Of a DNA stretch of 64,000 nt, positions 9,274 to 17,725 are shown in pieces (the first letter of the stretch is position 1; the number at the start of each line of letters is the position of its first letter). Location: assembly GCA_038887295.1 (NCBI GenBank), contig JAWAKW010000001.1:100795-164794 (forward strand), in the 5' to 3' direction. The stretch comes from Candidatus Anstonellaceae archaeon (GTDB lineage: Archaea > Micrarchaeota > Micrarchaeia > Anstonellales > Anstonellaceae). The notes beneath the pieces were generated by a model, which saw only the letters and a program-made list of their open reading frames with translations, had not been told where the DNA came from and made no database searches. The translations under genes were made by a program, and so were the position numbers.

Positions 9274-10116
9274 CTACCTTACCTTTTGATATATCCCTTT
9301 GAGCAACAAAGCGTCCTTTTCAAGAAGGGGAGACTCGCAAATCACTCTGCCCCTCCAGCCGTTTTCCTTCCACGCCTGCGCAAGCGGCTTGAAAGGCGGA
9401 GAGTCAGAAGAAACTGGAAGGTGGTTTTTTTCACCCTTTGGGGTAAATTCTATCCCAGAAAAATGGCAATGGAAATCCTTGACAATTTTTGACCCAAGCC
9501 TATTTTCAACTACTTCCAATATCTCGATGTAGTCTTCTTTTGACGCAAGCCTTGCATGCCTTGCGTGGTAGTGGGCATAGTCTATTACAGGCACCACATT
9601 TTCCTGTCCAAAATGCTCAGACAAATCTATAATCTCCTCTAGAGAGCCGTAAGCAGAAGGTTTGCCAGTAAGTTCTGCGCCTAAGGCAACTCCTTTTATT
9701 CCAAGCGCCTTCATCTCATCCAAGCACCTCTGGTATGTTGCAATCACTTGTTTGCGACATTCCTGCGCCGGCCTGCCCATATAATGGCCGCTGTGTATTA
9801 CAATAGGGGAAGCACCAAGCCAAAATGCAGCTTGTGCAGTGGAAACTATATGCCTAATGCTTGCCTCTATTTTGTATTCTTCCTTTGCGCAACAGTTGAT
9901 GTAATAAGGGGCATGGCAGGAAAGCCGAACATTGTTTTTAGCCGCAGCCCGGCGCGCTTCCTCTGCCTTCTCCTTAGTCATCCTTACCCCATGCACAAAT
10001 TCCACTTCCATTGCCCCCAAACCAAGTTTCCTGCAGTAGGCAATCCCTTCTGCCGTGCCTGCGGGGGCAGGAGTTTCAATAGGTATGCCTGCCGGCCCAA
10101 ATTCAACCTCATCCAT
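9274..10116 (-). CDS. nfo: endonuclease IV (AP endonuclease, TIM barrel)
   Basis: FGPAGIP, MEVEFVHGV, SCHAPYYIN, ELTGKPSAYG, IDYAH, HCHFSGIE, GEKNH, ICESP. Confidence 0.88.
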   Translation of the reverse strand: MDEVEFGPAGIPIETPAPAGTAEGIAYCRKLGLGAMEVEFVHGVRMTKEKAEEARRAAAKNNVRLSCHAPYYINCCAKEEYKIEASIRHIVSTAQAAFWLGASPIVIHSGHYMGRPAQECRKQVIATYQRCLDEMKALGIKGVALGAELTGKPSAYGSLEEIIDLSEHFGQENVVPVIDYAHYHARHARLASKEDYIEILEVVENRLGSKIVKDFHCHFSGIEFTPKGEKNHLPVSSDSPPFKPLAQAWKENGWRGRVICESPLLEKDALLLKGIYQKVR

Positions 10117-10120
10117 AGCA

Positions 10121-10507
10121 TCACTTTCTGTTGAGATATTTGTAAAGCGCCAGCTTGAAAACCTTTAGCGGCAGCATGGCGCACCCTCTTCTTGCAGGCC
10201 CTGGTTCAATCCCTAAAAGCGCAAGCAGCAGCCTTTCATCCGCAGCCTCTGCTTCCTTCAGGCTTTTCCCCAGCATTTCCTCAGAAAGCATGGATGCAGA
10301 AGCGGTGCATATGACGCATCCTTCTGTCTGAAAGCCTATATCCGCTATTTTGCCATCTTCGATTTTCAGCTGCACCCTTACTCTGTCTCCGCAAAGCAAA
10401 TTCTCATCCACAGCCTCGGCAGAGCAGGAATCCAAAACCTTGTGGTTGCGCGGGCGCTTGTAGTGGTCAATGATATTTTCCTCATAAAGTTTGCGGTCCC
10501 AGACCAT
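10121..10507 (-). CDS. sufU: SufU/IscU-type Fe-S scaffold or sulfur-transfer protein
   Basis: LYEENIIDHYKRPRN, NLLCGD, GCVICTASAS, RGC; directly follows sufS. Confidence 0.88.
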   Translation of the reverse strand: MVWDRKLYEENIIDHYKRPRNHKVLDSCSAEAVDENLLCGDRVRVQLKIEDGKIADIGFQTEGCVICTASASMLSEEMLGKSLKEAEAADERLLLALLGIEPGPARRGCAMLPLKVFKLALYKYLNRK

Positions 10508-10511
10508 GCCC

Positions 10512-11723
10512 TTACCCCAAAATCTTTCCGCATTTTTCTAAAACCCAAACCAGCTTTTCCACCTCTTCCTCTGTATTGTAAATATAAAAGCTGGCTCTGC
10601 AGCTTGCCTTCTCTCCCAACTCCTTAAGCAACGGCTGCGAGCAGTGGTGCCCCGCCCTAATACAAATTCCTTCCATATTTGCAAACTCAGCCACATCGTG
10701 CGGGTGGATTTTTCCAATGTTGAATGAAACAAGACCAGCTTCTTTCCTTTTTGGGCCGTGTATCCTTGCTCGCGGAATCTTCTCTATTCTCTCAGCAAGC
10801 ATTTGCGCAAGCAAATTCACATGCTTGGAAATTTTTCCCATTCCGATTTTGCGCAAGTAGTCTATCGCAGCAGCCAGGCCCACTGCCCCTGCAACGTTTT
10901 GCGTACCTGCTTCAAACCTTTGCACAGAGTCTGCAAATTCAGTGCGATGCAAACTGACGCTTTTTATCATATTCCCTCCGAACAAAAATGGGGAAAGGTC
11001 TGCCTGTATCTCCTTTCTTATATAAAGCACTCCTACCCCCATGGGGCCACACATTTTGTGGCCAGAAAAAGCAAGAAAATCGCACCCTATCTCATGTACA
11101 TTAATTGGGAAGTGTGGTGCGCTTTGCGCAGCATCAATACAGCTGTATGCCCCTGCCTTGCGCGCCAGCCTGCAAAGCCTTTTTGCGTCATTTTCCACAC
11201 CAAGCACATTGGATGCATGGGCAAAGGAAAAAATTGCGCATTCATCTGCAAGCCTTTCTTCAGCCTCAGCGCAATCTATTTTCCAATCAGGTCCAATCCC
11301 GACATACTCAAGCTTTGCGCCAGTTGCTTGCGCAGCCGCTTGCCAAGGCACAATATTGCTATGGTGCTCAATCTTCGTCAAAAGCATCCTTGGCTTTTTT
11401 GCAAGCCTTCCCCTTATCATGTGCGAAACTGCATTCAAAGATTCAGTAGTATTGCGCGTAAATACTATCTCTTCTGCATCTGCCCCGATAAACTCTGCAA
11501 CCTTCTTCCTTGCCTGTTCGTATTCCTCTGTCGCCTCCACAGAAAGCCAATAAGATGAACGGTGGACATTTGCATTGGAATTCAGGTAGTACCTTCTGAT
11601 TGCTTCTACCACTTGGATCGGCTTTTGGGTGGTTGCAGCATTGTCCAAATAGACAAGCGGCTTCCCATTGACTTTCCTTTTGAGGATGGGGAAATCCTTT
11701 CTTATCCGCGATACATTAACCAT
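10512..11723 (-). CDS. sufS: cysteine desulfurase SufS
   Basis: IRKDFPIL, YLDNAATTQKP, EHHSNIVPW, FSGHKM (PLP Lys), RAGHHC; start moved from 11921 to 11723. Confidence 0.95.
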   Translation of the reverse strand: MVNVSRIRKDFPILKRKVNGKPLVYLDNAATTQKPIQVVEAIRRYYLNSNANVHRSSYWLSVEATEEYEQARKKVAEFIGADAEEIVFTRNTTESLNAVSHMIRGRLAKKPRMLLTKIEHHSNIVPWQAAAQATGAKLEYVGIGPDWKIDCAEAEERLADECAIFSFAHASNVLGVENDAKRLCRLARKAGAYSCIDAAQSAPHFPINVHEIGCDFLAFSGHKMCGPMGVGVLYIRKEIQADLSPFLFGGNMIKSVSLHRTEFADSVQRFEAGTQNVAGAVGLAAAIDYLRKIGMGKISKHVNLLAQMLAERIEKIPRARIHGPKRKEAGLVSFNIGKIHPHDVAEFANMEGICIRAGHHCSQPLLKELGEKASCRASFYIYNTEEEVEKLVWVLEKCGKILG

Positions 11724-12855
11724 CTTCAGCCTCCTTGCAAGCAACCGCAATCTTTCCATACACCATCTTTTCAATATGCTTGAAGGCAAATGAGCTTGCT
11801 TTGCCAAGTATCTCTGCCCCAAACCCTTCAATAAGCATTTTTTTTGCCTCTTTTTCAGGAAGCCCTCTGCTTTGAAGGTAAAAAAGCTGCTCTTGGTCAA
11901 ATGTAGAAACCGCAGAGCCATGCGAGGCGTTCACTTGGTTGTTGTGCACAAAAATCTGAGGAGAAAGCCGACAGCTTGCCTCGCTTGATGCAAGCAGAGA
12001 TTTTGCAACAAATGATGCATCCGCACCTTCTGCCTCCTGGGCTATATGCACTTTCCCTTCAAGAGTGCTTTTCGAGCTGCCAAAGCAGATATGTTTTACA
12101 TTAGCTCTTGAAAATGTGTCTTTTGCCAAATGGCTTATGCGAAGATCTTTTTTTAGTGTTTGCTCTCTAGCCATTACTGAAAGTCCATATCTTTCGCATT
12201 TGCTCCCTTGCTTTTCCTGGAAAATTGCCTCTTGGTGCTGCTTTTCAGACGCTCCAAGGTCAAAGTCAAAGATTTTTGCCCGGCTTTGCTTGCCCAACCT
12301 ATAAACATCTGCAGTTTCAATGCTGCAGCCTCCGCTTTCGTTGTGAAGCGCAGCAAACTCCAACCCGGCCTCGTCCCCAATAAAGAAAGTTCTGCACTCT
12401 GAAACGCTGCAGCTAACAGTGCTTTCAAGCACCACTTCAGCCTCAGCCCCGTCCTCCACAAGAAAAAACCAAGCAAAATACTCGGGCGGATTGCCGTGAC
12501 AGCTTATCTTGGCTTTGCTTTTCCCTTTTCCAAAAGCAGCAATAGCAGCGTCTGTAAAAAGCGCAAAGGACAAAAGATAGCTTTCCGGAAACTGCCTCTC
12601 AAAATGCCTTTCAAGCTGCTCTTTCAAGGCATTTCCTGCAGATATCGTTTCTTCAAAAGAAAGGACCTTACAAGGCCCCTCACACTCAGCTTTTATTTGC
12701 GCTTTCCCGCGCTCCATCCGGAACCCTTCCACCTCTCCACTTCCTTTCATTTTCTCAAGCAGCTGCACTGCCTGCAACCTTTTTGACAACATCCATTCCG
12801 GCTCGCCAAGAAAAGAAGAAATTGCTTCTGCTTGCTGGCTTAGCGGCACTTTCAT
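11716..12855 (-). CDS. sufD: Fe-S assembly protein SufD
   Basis: SufB/D beta-helix pattern, VNASHGS, EQLFYLQSRG; lies between sufB and sufS. Confidence 0.85.
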   Translation of the reverse strand: MKVPLSQQAEAISSFLGEPEWMLSKRLQAVQLLEKMKGSGEVEGFRMERGKAQIKAECEGPCKVLSFEETISAGNALKEQLERHFERQFPESYLLSFALFTDAAIAAFGKGKSKAKISCHGNPPEYFAWFFLVEDGAEAEVVLESTVSCSVSECRTFFIGDEAGLEFAALHNESGGCSIETADVYRLGKQSRAKIFDFDLGASEKQHQEAIFQEKQGSKCERYGLSVMAREQTLKKDLRISHLAKDTFSRANVKHICFGSSKSTLEGKVHIAQEAEGADASFVAKSLLASSEASCRLSPQIFVHNNQVNASHGSAVSTFDQEQLFYLQSRGLPEKEAKKMLIEGFGAEILGKASSFAFKHIEKMVYGKIAVACKEAEDG

Positions 12856-14255
12856 CCTACTGCACCTTCCAATTCCATTTCAATCAATCGGTCAAGCTCC
12901 ACCGCATACTCAAGCGGAAGGTGTCTTACTATCGGTTCCACAAAGCCGCGTACGAGCATCCCAAGCGCATCCTCGGGCTTTATCCCTCTGCTTTGAAGGT
13001 AAAAAAGCTGCTCTTCAGAAATCCTTCCTACAAAGGCTTCGTGCGCCACAGTGCAATTTGGATTTTTGATTTCCATCACAGGCACAGTTTCCGCCTTAGA
13101 TGAGGCATCTGCCATCATGCTGTCGCACCTTACGCTGCATCTTGCTCCGTCTGCACCCTTTGCTATGTGCACCAACCCGCGGTATCTTGCCACCCCGCCA
13201 GAATGGCAGATGCTTTTGCTTAATACTTTGCTGCTCGTGTTTTTTGCAAGGTGTATCACCTTTGCCCCAGTGTCTTTCACTTGCCCTTGCCCTGCAAGCG
13301 TGATGGACAAGTGCTCTGCGCGTGCCCCTTCCTCTGCAAGGACGCTGCAAGGATAAAGCATGGTCACTCCCGAGCCCAAGTTTCCTGAAATCCATTCCAT
13401 AGTTGCGCCCTCCCCCACTATTGCCCTCTTTGTGTTAAGGTTGTAGACATTTTTGCTCCAATTCTGTATTGAAATGTATTGCACCCTGCTTGCTTTCCTT
13501 GCAAATATTTCAACGACAGCAGAGTGCAGGGAATTTTTGGTATAGCGCGGAGCTGAGCAGCCTTCAATATACTGCACTTGGCTGCCTTCCTCGGCAATTA
13601 TCAGCGTATGCTCAAATTGCCCAAAGCCCGGGTAATTCATCATAAAATAGATATGTAGTGGCTGCGGAACCACTACGCCAGCAGGCACATAGACAAAGCT
13701 TCCGCCTGACCAGAATGCCCCATGCAGTGCAGCAAATTTGTTGTCTGATGGAGGGACGCAAGAAGTCATGAAATATTTTTTCACCAACTCTGGGTACTCC
13801 CGCACCGCACTATCCATGTCAGTAAAAATTACGCCTATGCTTTCCAAATTTTTCCTTACGCTCCTGTAAAGCACCTCTGAATCATACTGCGCAGAGACTC
13901 CAGCAAGGTATTTTCTTTCAGCTTCAGGGATGCCAAGCCTTTCAAAAGTTGCCTTTATGCTTTCAGGCACTTCCTCCCAGCGGTTTAGCAAATCCGTGCG
14001 CTTTCCTTTTGGCCTAACAAACCCCACCAGCTGCCCAAAATCCAAGCCACTCAAATTAGGGCCCCACGCTGGCATAGGTAGGCTTTCAAATATCTTGAAA
14101 GACTCCACCCTTTTTTCCCTCATCCAGTCCGGTTCGCCTTTCACATCTGAAATCTCATTTACAATGTCTAAAGTTAAGCCTAGCCGGCTCGCCTTGTAGC
14201 CTACAGTAAGCTGCTCGTCTGCACCAAATTCTGCTACAAGTCCAGTACCTACCAC
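12852..14255 (-). CDS. sufB: Fe-S assembly protein SufB
   Basis: KGEPDWM, LGIPEAE, WSGGSFVYVP, GQFEHTLII, YIEGCSAP, VAHEA. Confidence 0.95.
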   Translation of the reverse strand: MVGTGLVAEFGADEQLTVGYKASRLGLTLDIVNEISDVKGEPDWMREKRVESFKIFESLPMPAWGPNLSGLDFGQLVGFVRPKGKRTDLLNRWEEVPESIKATFERLGIPEAERKYLAGVSAQYDSEVLYRSVRKNLESIGVIFTDMDSAVREYPELVKKYFMTSCVPPSDNKFAALHGAFWSGGSFVYVPAGVVVPQPLHIYFMMNYPGFGQFEHTLIIAEEGSQVQYIEGCSAPRYTKNSLHSAVVEIFARKASRVQYISIQNWSKNVYNLNTKRAIVGEGATMEWISGNLGSGVTMLYPCSVLAEEGARAEHLSITLAGQGQVKDTGAKVIHLAKNTSSKVLSKSICHSGGVARYRGLVHIAKGADGARCSVRCDSMMADASSKAETVPVMEIKNPNCTVAHEAFVGRISEEQLFYLQSRGIKPEDALGMLVRGFVEPIVRHLPLEYAVELDRLIEMELEGAVG

Positions 14256-14267
14256 CTGCCATCCCCT

Positions 14268-15011
14268 TCAATCCCAAACACTTCTGTTCACCCAGCCATA
14301 CCCTTCCTCATCAATTTTTTTGGCAATCCGCTCATCCCCAGAAAGAACTATCTTGCCGTGCCTCATAATATGGACTGCGTCAAGCTTAATGCCACGAAGA
14401 AGCCTTGCATAATGTGTCACAATCAAAAGAGAGTTATCCTCTCTTTTGAGCTTTGCCAGCATTTCCGATATTTTTTTCACCCCATCCACATCCAGCCCAG
14501 AATCAAGCTCATCCACCAGTGCAAGCTTGGGCTCCAGAACAGCAAGCTGCAGCAGCTCGCTTTTCTTTTTTTCCCCACCTGAAAAGCCTTCATTGAGGCT
14601 GCGAGTTGCAAACTCCTCCCCCATCTCAAGCATCCTCATTTTTTCAGAAAGGATTTTGCCAAACTCAGAAACCGAAATTTCCTCTCCAAACCGCTCAGAA
14701 TAAGCCCTGCGCAAAAATGAAGCAAACGGCACCCCCGCAATTTCGTACGGGGATTGAAATGCCATTAGAATTCCTGCCTTTGCCCTCTCATGTGGCTTCA
14801 TCAAAGCTAAATCTTTGCCTTCAAAGGTTGCCCTGCCCTTTGCGCAAAGTCTTGGGTTGCCTGCCAATGCCGAAAGCAAGGTGGTTTTCCCAGCGCCATT
14901 TTGCCCCATTATTACGTGCACTTCCCCTTTTCCAATCTCAAGTGAAATGCCCTTGACAATCTCCTTTTCGCCAGCAAAAACAGAAAAATTTTCCAGTTCA
15001 AGCAAAGCCAT
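14268..15011 (-). CDS. sufC: Fe-S assembly ABC ATPase SufC
   Basis: GQNGAGKT, FQSPYEI, NEGFSGGEKK, LVDELDSGLD, VTHY. Confidence 0.95.
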   Translation of the reverse strand: MALLELENFSVFAGEKEIVKGISLEIGKGEVHVIMGQNGAGKTTLLSALAGNPRLCAKGRATFEGKDLALMKPHERAKAGILMAFQSPYEIAGVPFASFLRRAYSERFGEEISVSEFGKILSEKMRMLEMGEEFATRSLNEGFSGGEKKKSELLQLAVLEPKLALVDELDSGLDVDGVKKISEMLAKLKREDNSLLIVTHYARLLRGIKLDAVHIMRHGKIVLSGDERIAKKIDEEGYGWVNRSVWD

Positions 15012-15015
15012 TTTC

Positions 15016-15363
15016 TCACTTCACGCAAAGCAAGCAAGGGTTTTTTGAACCCCTCTTCTCTTTTTTTGCAAGCGCCACTATTTTTGCAAGCTCAAAATCA
15101 ATCGCAGACTGTCTCGTTTTGCCTTTTGCTATCCTGCTTGCAAGGCGAACGCACGCCTGCTTGGCTGCAAGCGGTATCCTTGCAGTCCCGCGCTTTCCGT
15201 TTATGTACTGCGATATTGCGGCTTCAGTAGTGCCAAGCAACCTTGCAATTTCAGACCGGCATATCCCCTCCCTTTCCATTGCAACCGCCAAATGCCTCGA
15301 GATAGCAGGCAATATTTTCCAGTGCACTTCAGAGCATGGAAGCATACAGCTGCATATGCGCAT
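15016..15363 (-). CDS. Cys-rich HTH transcriptional regulator at the head of the suf operon
   Basis: PCSEVHWKILPAI, EIARLLGTTEAAISQYINGKRG HTH, C-terminal CLLC; start may be 15345. Confidence 0.8.
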   Translation of the reverse strand: MRICSCMLPCSEVHWKILPAISRHLAVAMEREGICRSEIARLLGTTEAAISQYINGKRGTARIPLAAKQACVRLASRIAKGKTRQSAIDFELAKIVALAKKEKRGSKNPCLLCVK

Positions 15364-15387
15364 AACAATTGTTAAATTTATCGCTGG

Positions 15388-16011
15388 TCATTTGAAGAAA
15401 AAACCGGTTTCTCTTGCCCAGAAGAGCAAATCAGCATGCTCAATTGGCACCTTCATTTTTTTGCAAAAAGCAACCATTTTTTCCTCTATTTTCGAATACT
15501 GTGATTTTGTCAGGCTCTTTGGAGGTTTCTTTATTACTTTGTGCAAAGCCAAATTCTTAAGCACATGCCTGTCCAATATTGCAAGACCTTCACCGCGTCC
15601 GACATTCCTCAAATAATGCGTGGCTTCCTTTAAGCCAATCCCCTTCACATTTTTCACAAGAAGCTCCCTTGCTTTTTTGTTGTTTTCCATAAAAGTCAGC
15701 TCCTTGAGGCTTTTGAAGCCGTCCCTTCCAAAAAATTCTCTTGCAGCAACCAAAAAGCGCGCTTTGTTGTTGTGGAACCTTGCCTTTCCTTTAAGGACCG
15801 CAGCAATTTCCTTTTCATCACCTTCAAACAACAATCCACTTTTTTTAAGCTCCAGAATTGCTTCATGGCAAAGCACTGCCTTGCTTTGCGGAGTCAAGAT
15901 GCAAAATGCAAGCTCCTCAAACAGCTTTCTTGGGCTTGCTTTTTTCATACTGCAAAATTGCATCATCCTTTTTTCTATCTGCCTTCTCTTTTTGAAGTAC
16001 TCTTTAATCAT
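15388..16011 (-). CDS. ogg: 8-oxoguanine DNA glycosylase/AP lyase (archaeal Ogg)
   Basis: ELAFCILTPQS, ARFHNNKA, VKGIGLKEATHYLRNVG (catalytic Lys), AILDRH (catalytic Asp); start moved to 16011. Confidence 0.9.
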   Translation of the reverse strand: MIKEYFKKRRQIEKRMMQFCSMKKASPRKLFEELAFCILTPQSKAVLCHEAILELKKSGLLFEGDEKEIAAVLKGKARFHNNKARFLVAAREFFGRDGFKSLKELTFMENNKKARELLVKNVKGIGLKEATHYLRNVGRGEGLAILDRHVLKNLALHKVIKKPPKSLTKSQYSKIEEKMVAFCKKMKVPIEHADLLFWARETGFFFK

Positions 16012-16543
16012 GCCTTTCCTCCAAATCGCCATGACCAGGACAAAGGAGACGATAAGGAATCCTTTCAATTTTTTGCAAGCTTTGGCAAAGCTTTTCCCAG
16101 CTTCCCCCCACATCTACTCTTCCAAAAGCCCCATGGGCAAATTTTGTATCACCAGAAAACAAAACCCCAGTGCTTTTGTCAAAAATGCAGATGCTGCCGT
16201 CAGTATGCCCTGGTGTGTGAATGAACTCCAAAAGATGAGAGCCAAATCGGATAGGTTTCATCGGGTTGGGCACAGCATTAGAAGGAATCTTAATGTAAGG
16301 GCCCGCAAAGCCAAATTCATCCTTATGAAGAAGCACCCGCTTCCAATCTTCCTTCACTCCGCCAGTGTGGTCAAAGTGGCCATGCGTAAGTATGCATAAA
16401 TCAGGCACAAAATCCAGTAGGGCTTTCCCATCCCCAGCATCAACCAAAAGGCGCCTTTTGCCTTCTTGAATTAAGTAAATTGTGCTGCAAAGTCTGCCTT
16501 TGGAGAAAAGCATATATGTGTCTTTCTCTATTTTTTCAAACAT
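16004..16543 (-). CDS. MBL-fold metallohydrolase
   Basis: LVDAG, THGHFDH, HTPGHT, FSGD, PGHG. Confidence 0.9.
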   Translation of the reverse strand: MFEKIEKDTYMLFSKGRLCSTIYLIQEGKRRLLVDAGDGKALLDFVPDLCILTHGHFDHTGGVKEDWKRVLLHKDEFGFAGPYIKIPSNAVPNPMKPIRFGSHLLEFIHTPGHTDGSICIFDKSTGVLFSGDTKFAHGAFGRVDVGGSWEKLCQSLQKIERIPYRLLCPGHGDLEERHD

Positions 16544-17297
16544 TTTCCCCCTTTATGGAGAATTTTCCTGCAGGCAGCGCCAGCAAAACCTCCTCTTTCT
16601 CTACCCCAATCATACTTGCTATTACTTCTGCCGCCTTGCCTTTTTCAGTCTGCCCAGGAGCAATTGCCACGCCATTCTTTGCTTCCGGATGGCATATTGG
16701 AAGGCAGACTGCTTTGCCATCTTGTGCGACTACTGCCATACCTAGCGCCACAGCACGAATCCACTCCCGCCTTCCACTTATTGCAAACCCGCCCTTCCCA
16801 ATATATCCACCTTGGGCAGCTTTAGAAATCTGCTCCTTTTGCACAAAGTAAACGTCCACTGCTGCAGCCCCTATTTTCCATGCAGAGGAATGCGAGGCTG
16901 CAAACTGTGCAGCCTCTTTTTTTTCCTGCTCAGATGAGGATTTGCCATCAAAAAGGATGGTTGCAGGCGCACCTTGGATGTCTGCATGAAAAAACAAATC
17001 ATTCTCCTTCATCACTGACAAAACAAGCTGGTCGTTTTGCTTTGCATCTCTTCCTGCCACCACCAGCTTTTTTCCAGAGGTAAAAAACCAATGGTATTTT
17101 TCGTACCACTCCTTCTTCCTTTTCATTTTTGGCGCCTTCTGCACCTTTTTCCCAGAGCTTGTCTCCGCAAGCTTTTTTTCAGTCTCCAAAATAGCCTTTT
17201 TTACCCCCTCTGCTTTTTTTGCAAGAGATTTTGCAAGCTCAAAATGCGCTGCAGCGTTTTCCTGCGCGCTTTTTCTTATGTCTATTTTAACCTTCAT
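16536..17297 (-). CDS. stand-alone NFACT-R (DUF814) RNA-binding protein, Rqc2-like C-terminal half
   Basis: SAQENAAAHF, WYEKYHWF, VVAGRDAKQND, FFHADIQGAP, KGGFAISG. Confidence 0.85.
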   Translation of the reverse strand: MKVKIDIRKSAQENAAAHFELAKSLAKKAEGVKKAILETEKKLAETSSGKKVQKAPKMKRKKEWYEKYHWFFTSGKKLVVAGRDAKQNDQLVLSVMKENDLFFHADIQGAPATILFDGKSSSEQEKKEAAQFAASHSSAWKIGAAAVDVYFVQKEQISKAAQGGYIGKGGFAISGRREWIRAVALGMAVVAQDGKAVCLPICHPEAKNGVAIAPGQTEKGKAAEVIASMIGVEKEEVLLALPAGKFSIKGENV

Positions 17298-17358
17298 AGC
17301 TTAACCTCAGACTCCATAGTTTAAAAACTGTTTTTTCCAACAGACAATCGGTGTATAA

Positions 17359-17685
17359 ATGCGTCAAAAAGTGTTAGCTATCATTTTGCTTGCTTTATTG
17401 GGCTTAGCCTTTGCATCTTCCCAACCTACGCAGAGACTCAAGGACGCTTTGCAGCAGCTTTGCACCGGAATCAAAGACCTGATACCTATTGCCGCCATGA
17501 CTATGATAGTCCTCTCCGCAGTGATTTATGCAACAGGCCAAATGATGGGCGCAGAAACCCGTGCACGCGCAAACGTTTGGGCAACCTCCTGCCTTACAGG
17601 TGCTTTGATAGGCATCCTCATTGCAACCGTTGCTCCAAAAGTTTTGCAAATGCTTGCCCCACCAGGGACAACCCTATCATGCTGA
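17359..17685 (+). CDS. VirB2/TrbC-like small pilin-type membrane protein
   Basis: Signal peptide followed by two hydrophobic helices split by a charged loop (IYATGQMMGAETRARA); 108 aa. This is the architecture of conjugative/Ced-type pilins. Confidence 0.6.
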   Translation: MRQKVLAIILLALLGLAFASSQPTQRLKDALQQLCTGIKDLIPIAAMTMIVLSAVIYATGQMMGAETRARANVWATSCLTGALIGILIATVAPKVLQMLAPPGTTLSC

Positions 17686-17725
17686 TTCCCTCGGTTTTTA
17701 AATTTTTGACCTTTAAGCTAACGCT

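Noticed and set aside
11724-11921. N-terminal extension of SufS, and similar long upstream starts for pheS, GGR, ogg, PfkB, the epimerase and rpl7ae
   Set aside because: The extensions overlap neighbouring genes or promoters and precede the family-typical N-terminus; artefacts of first-start ORF calling.
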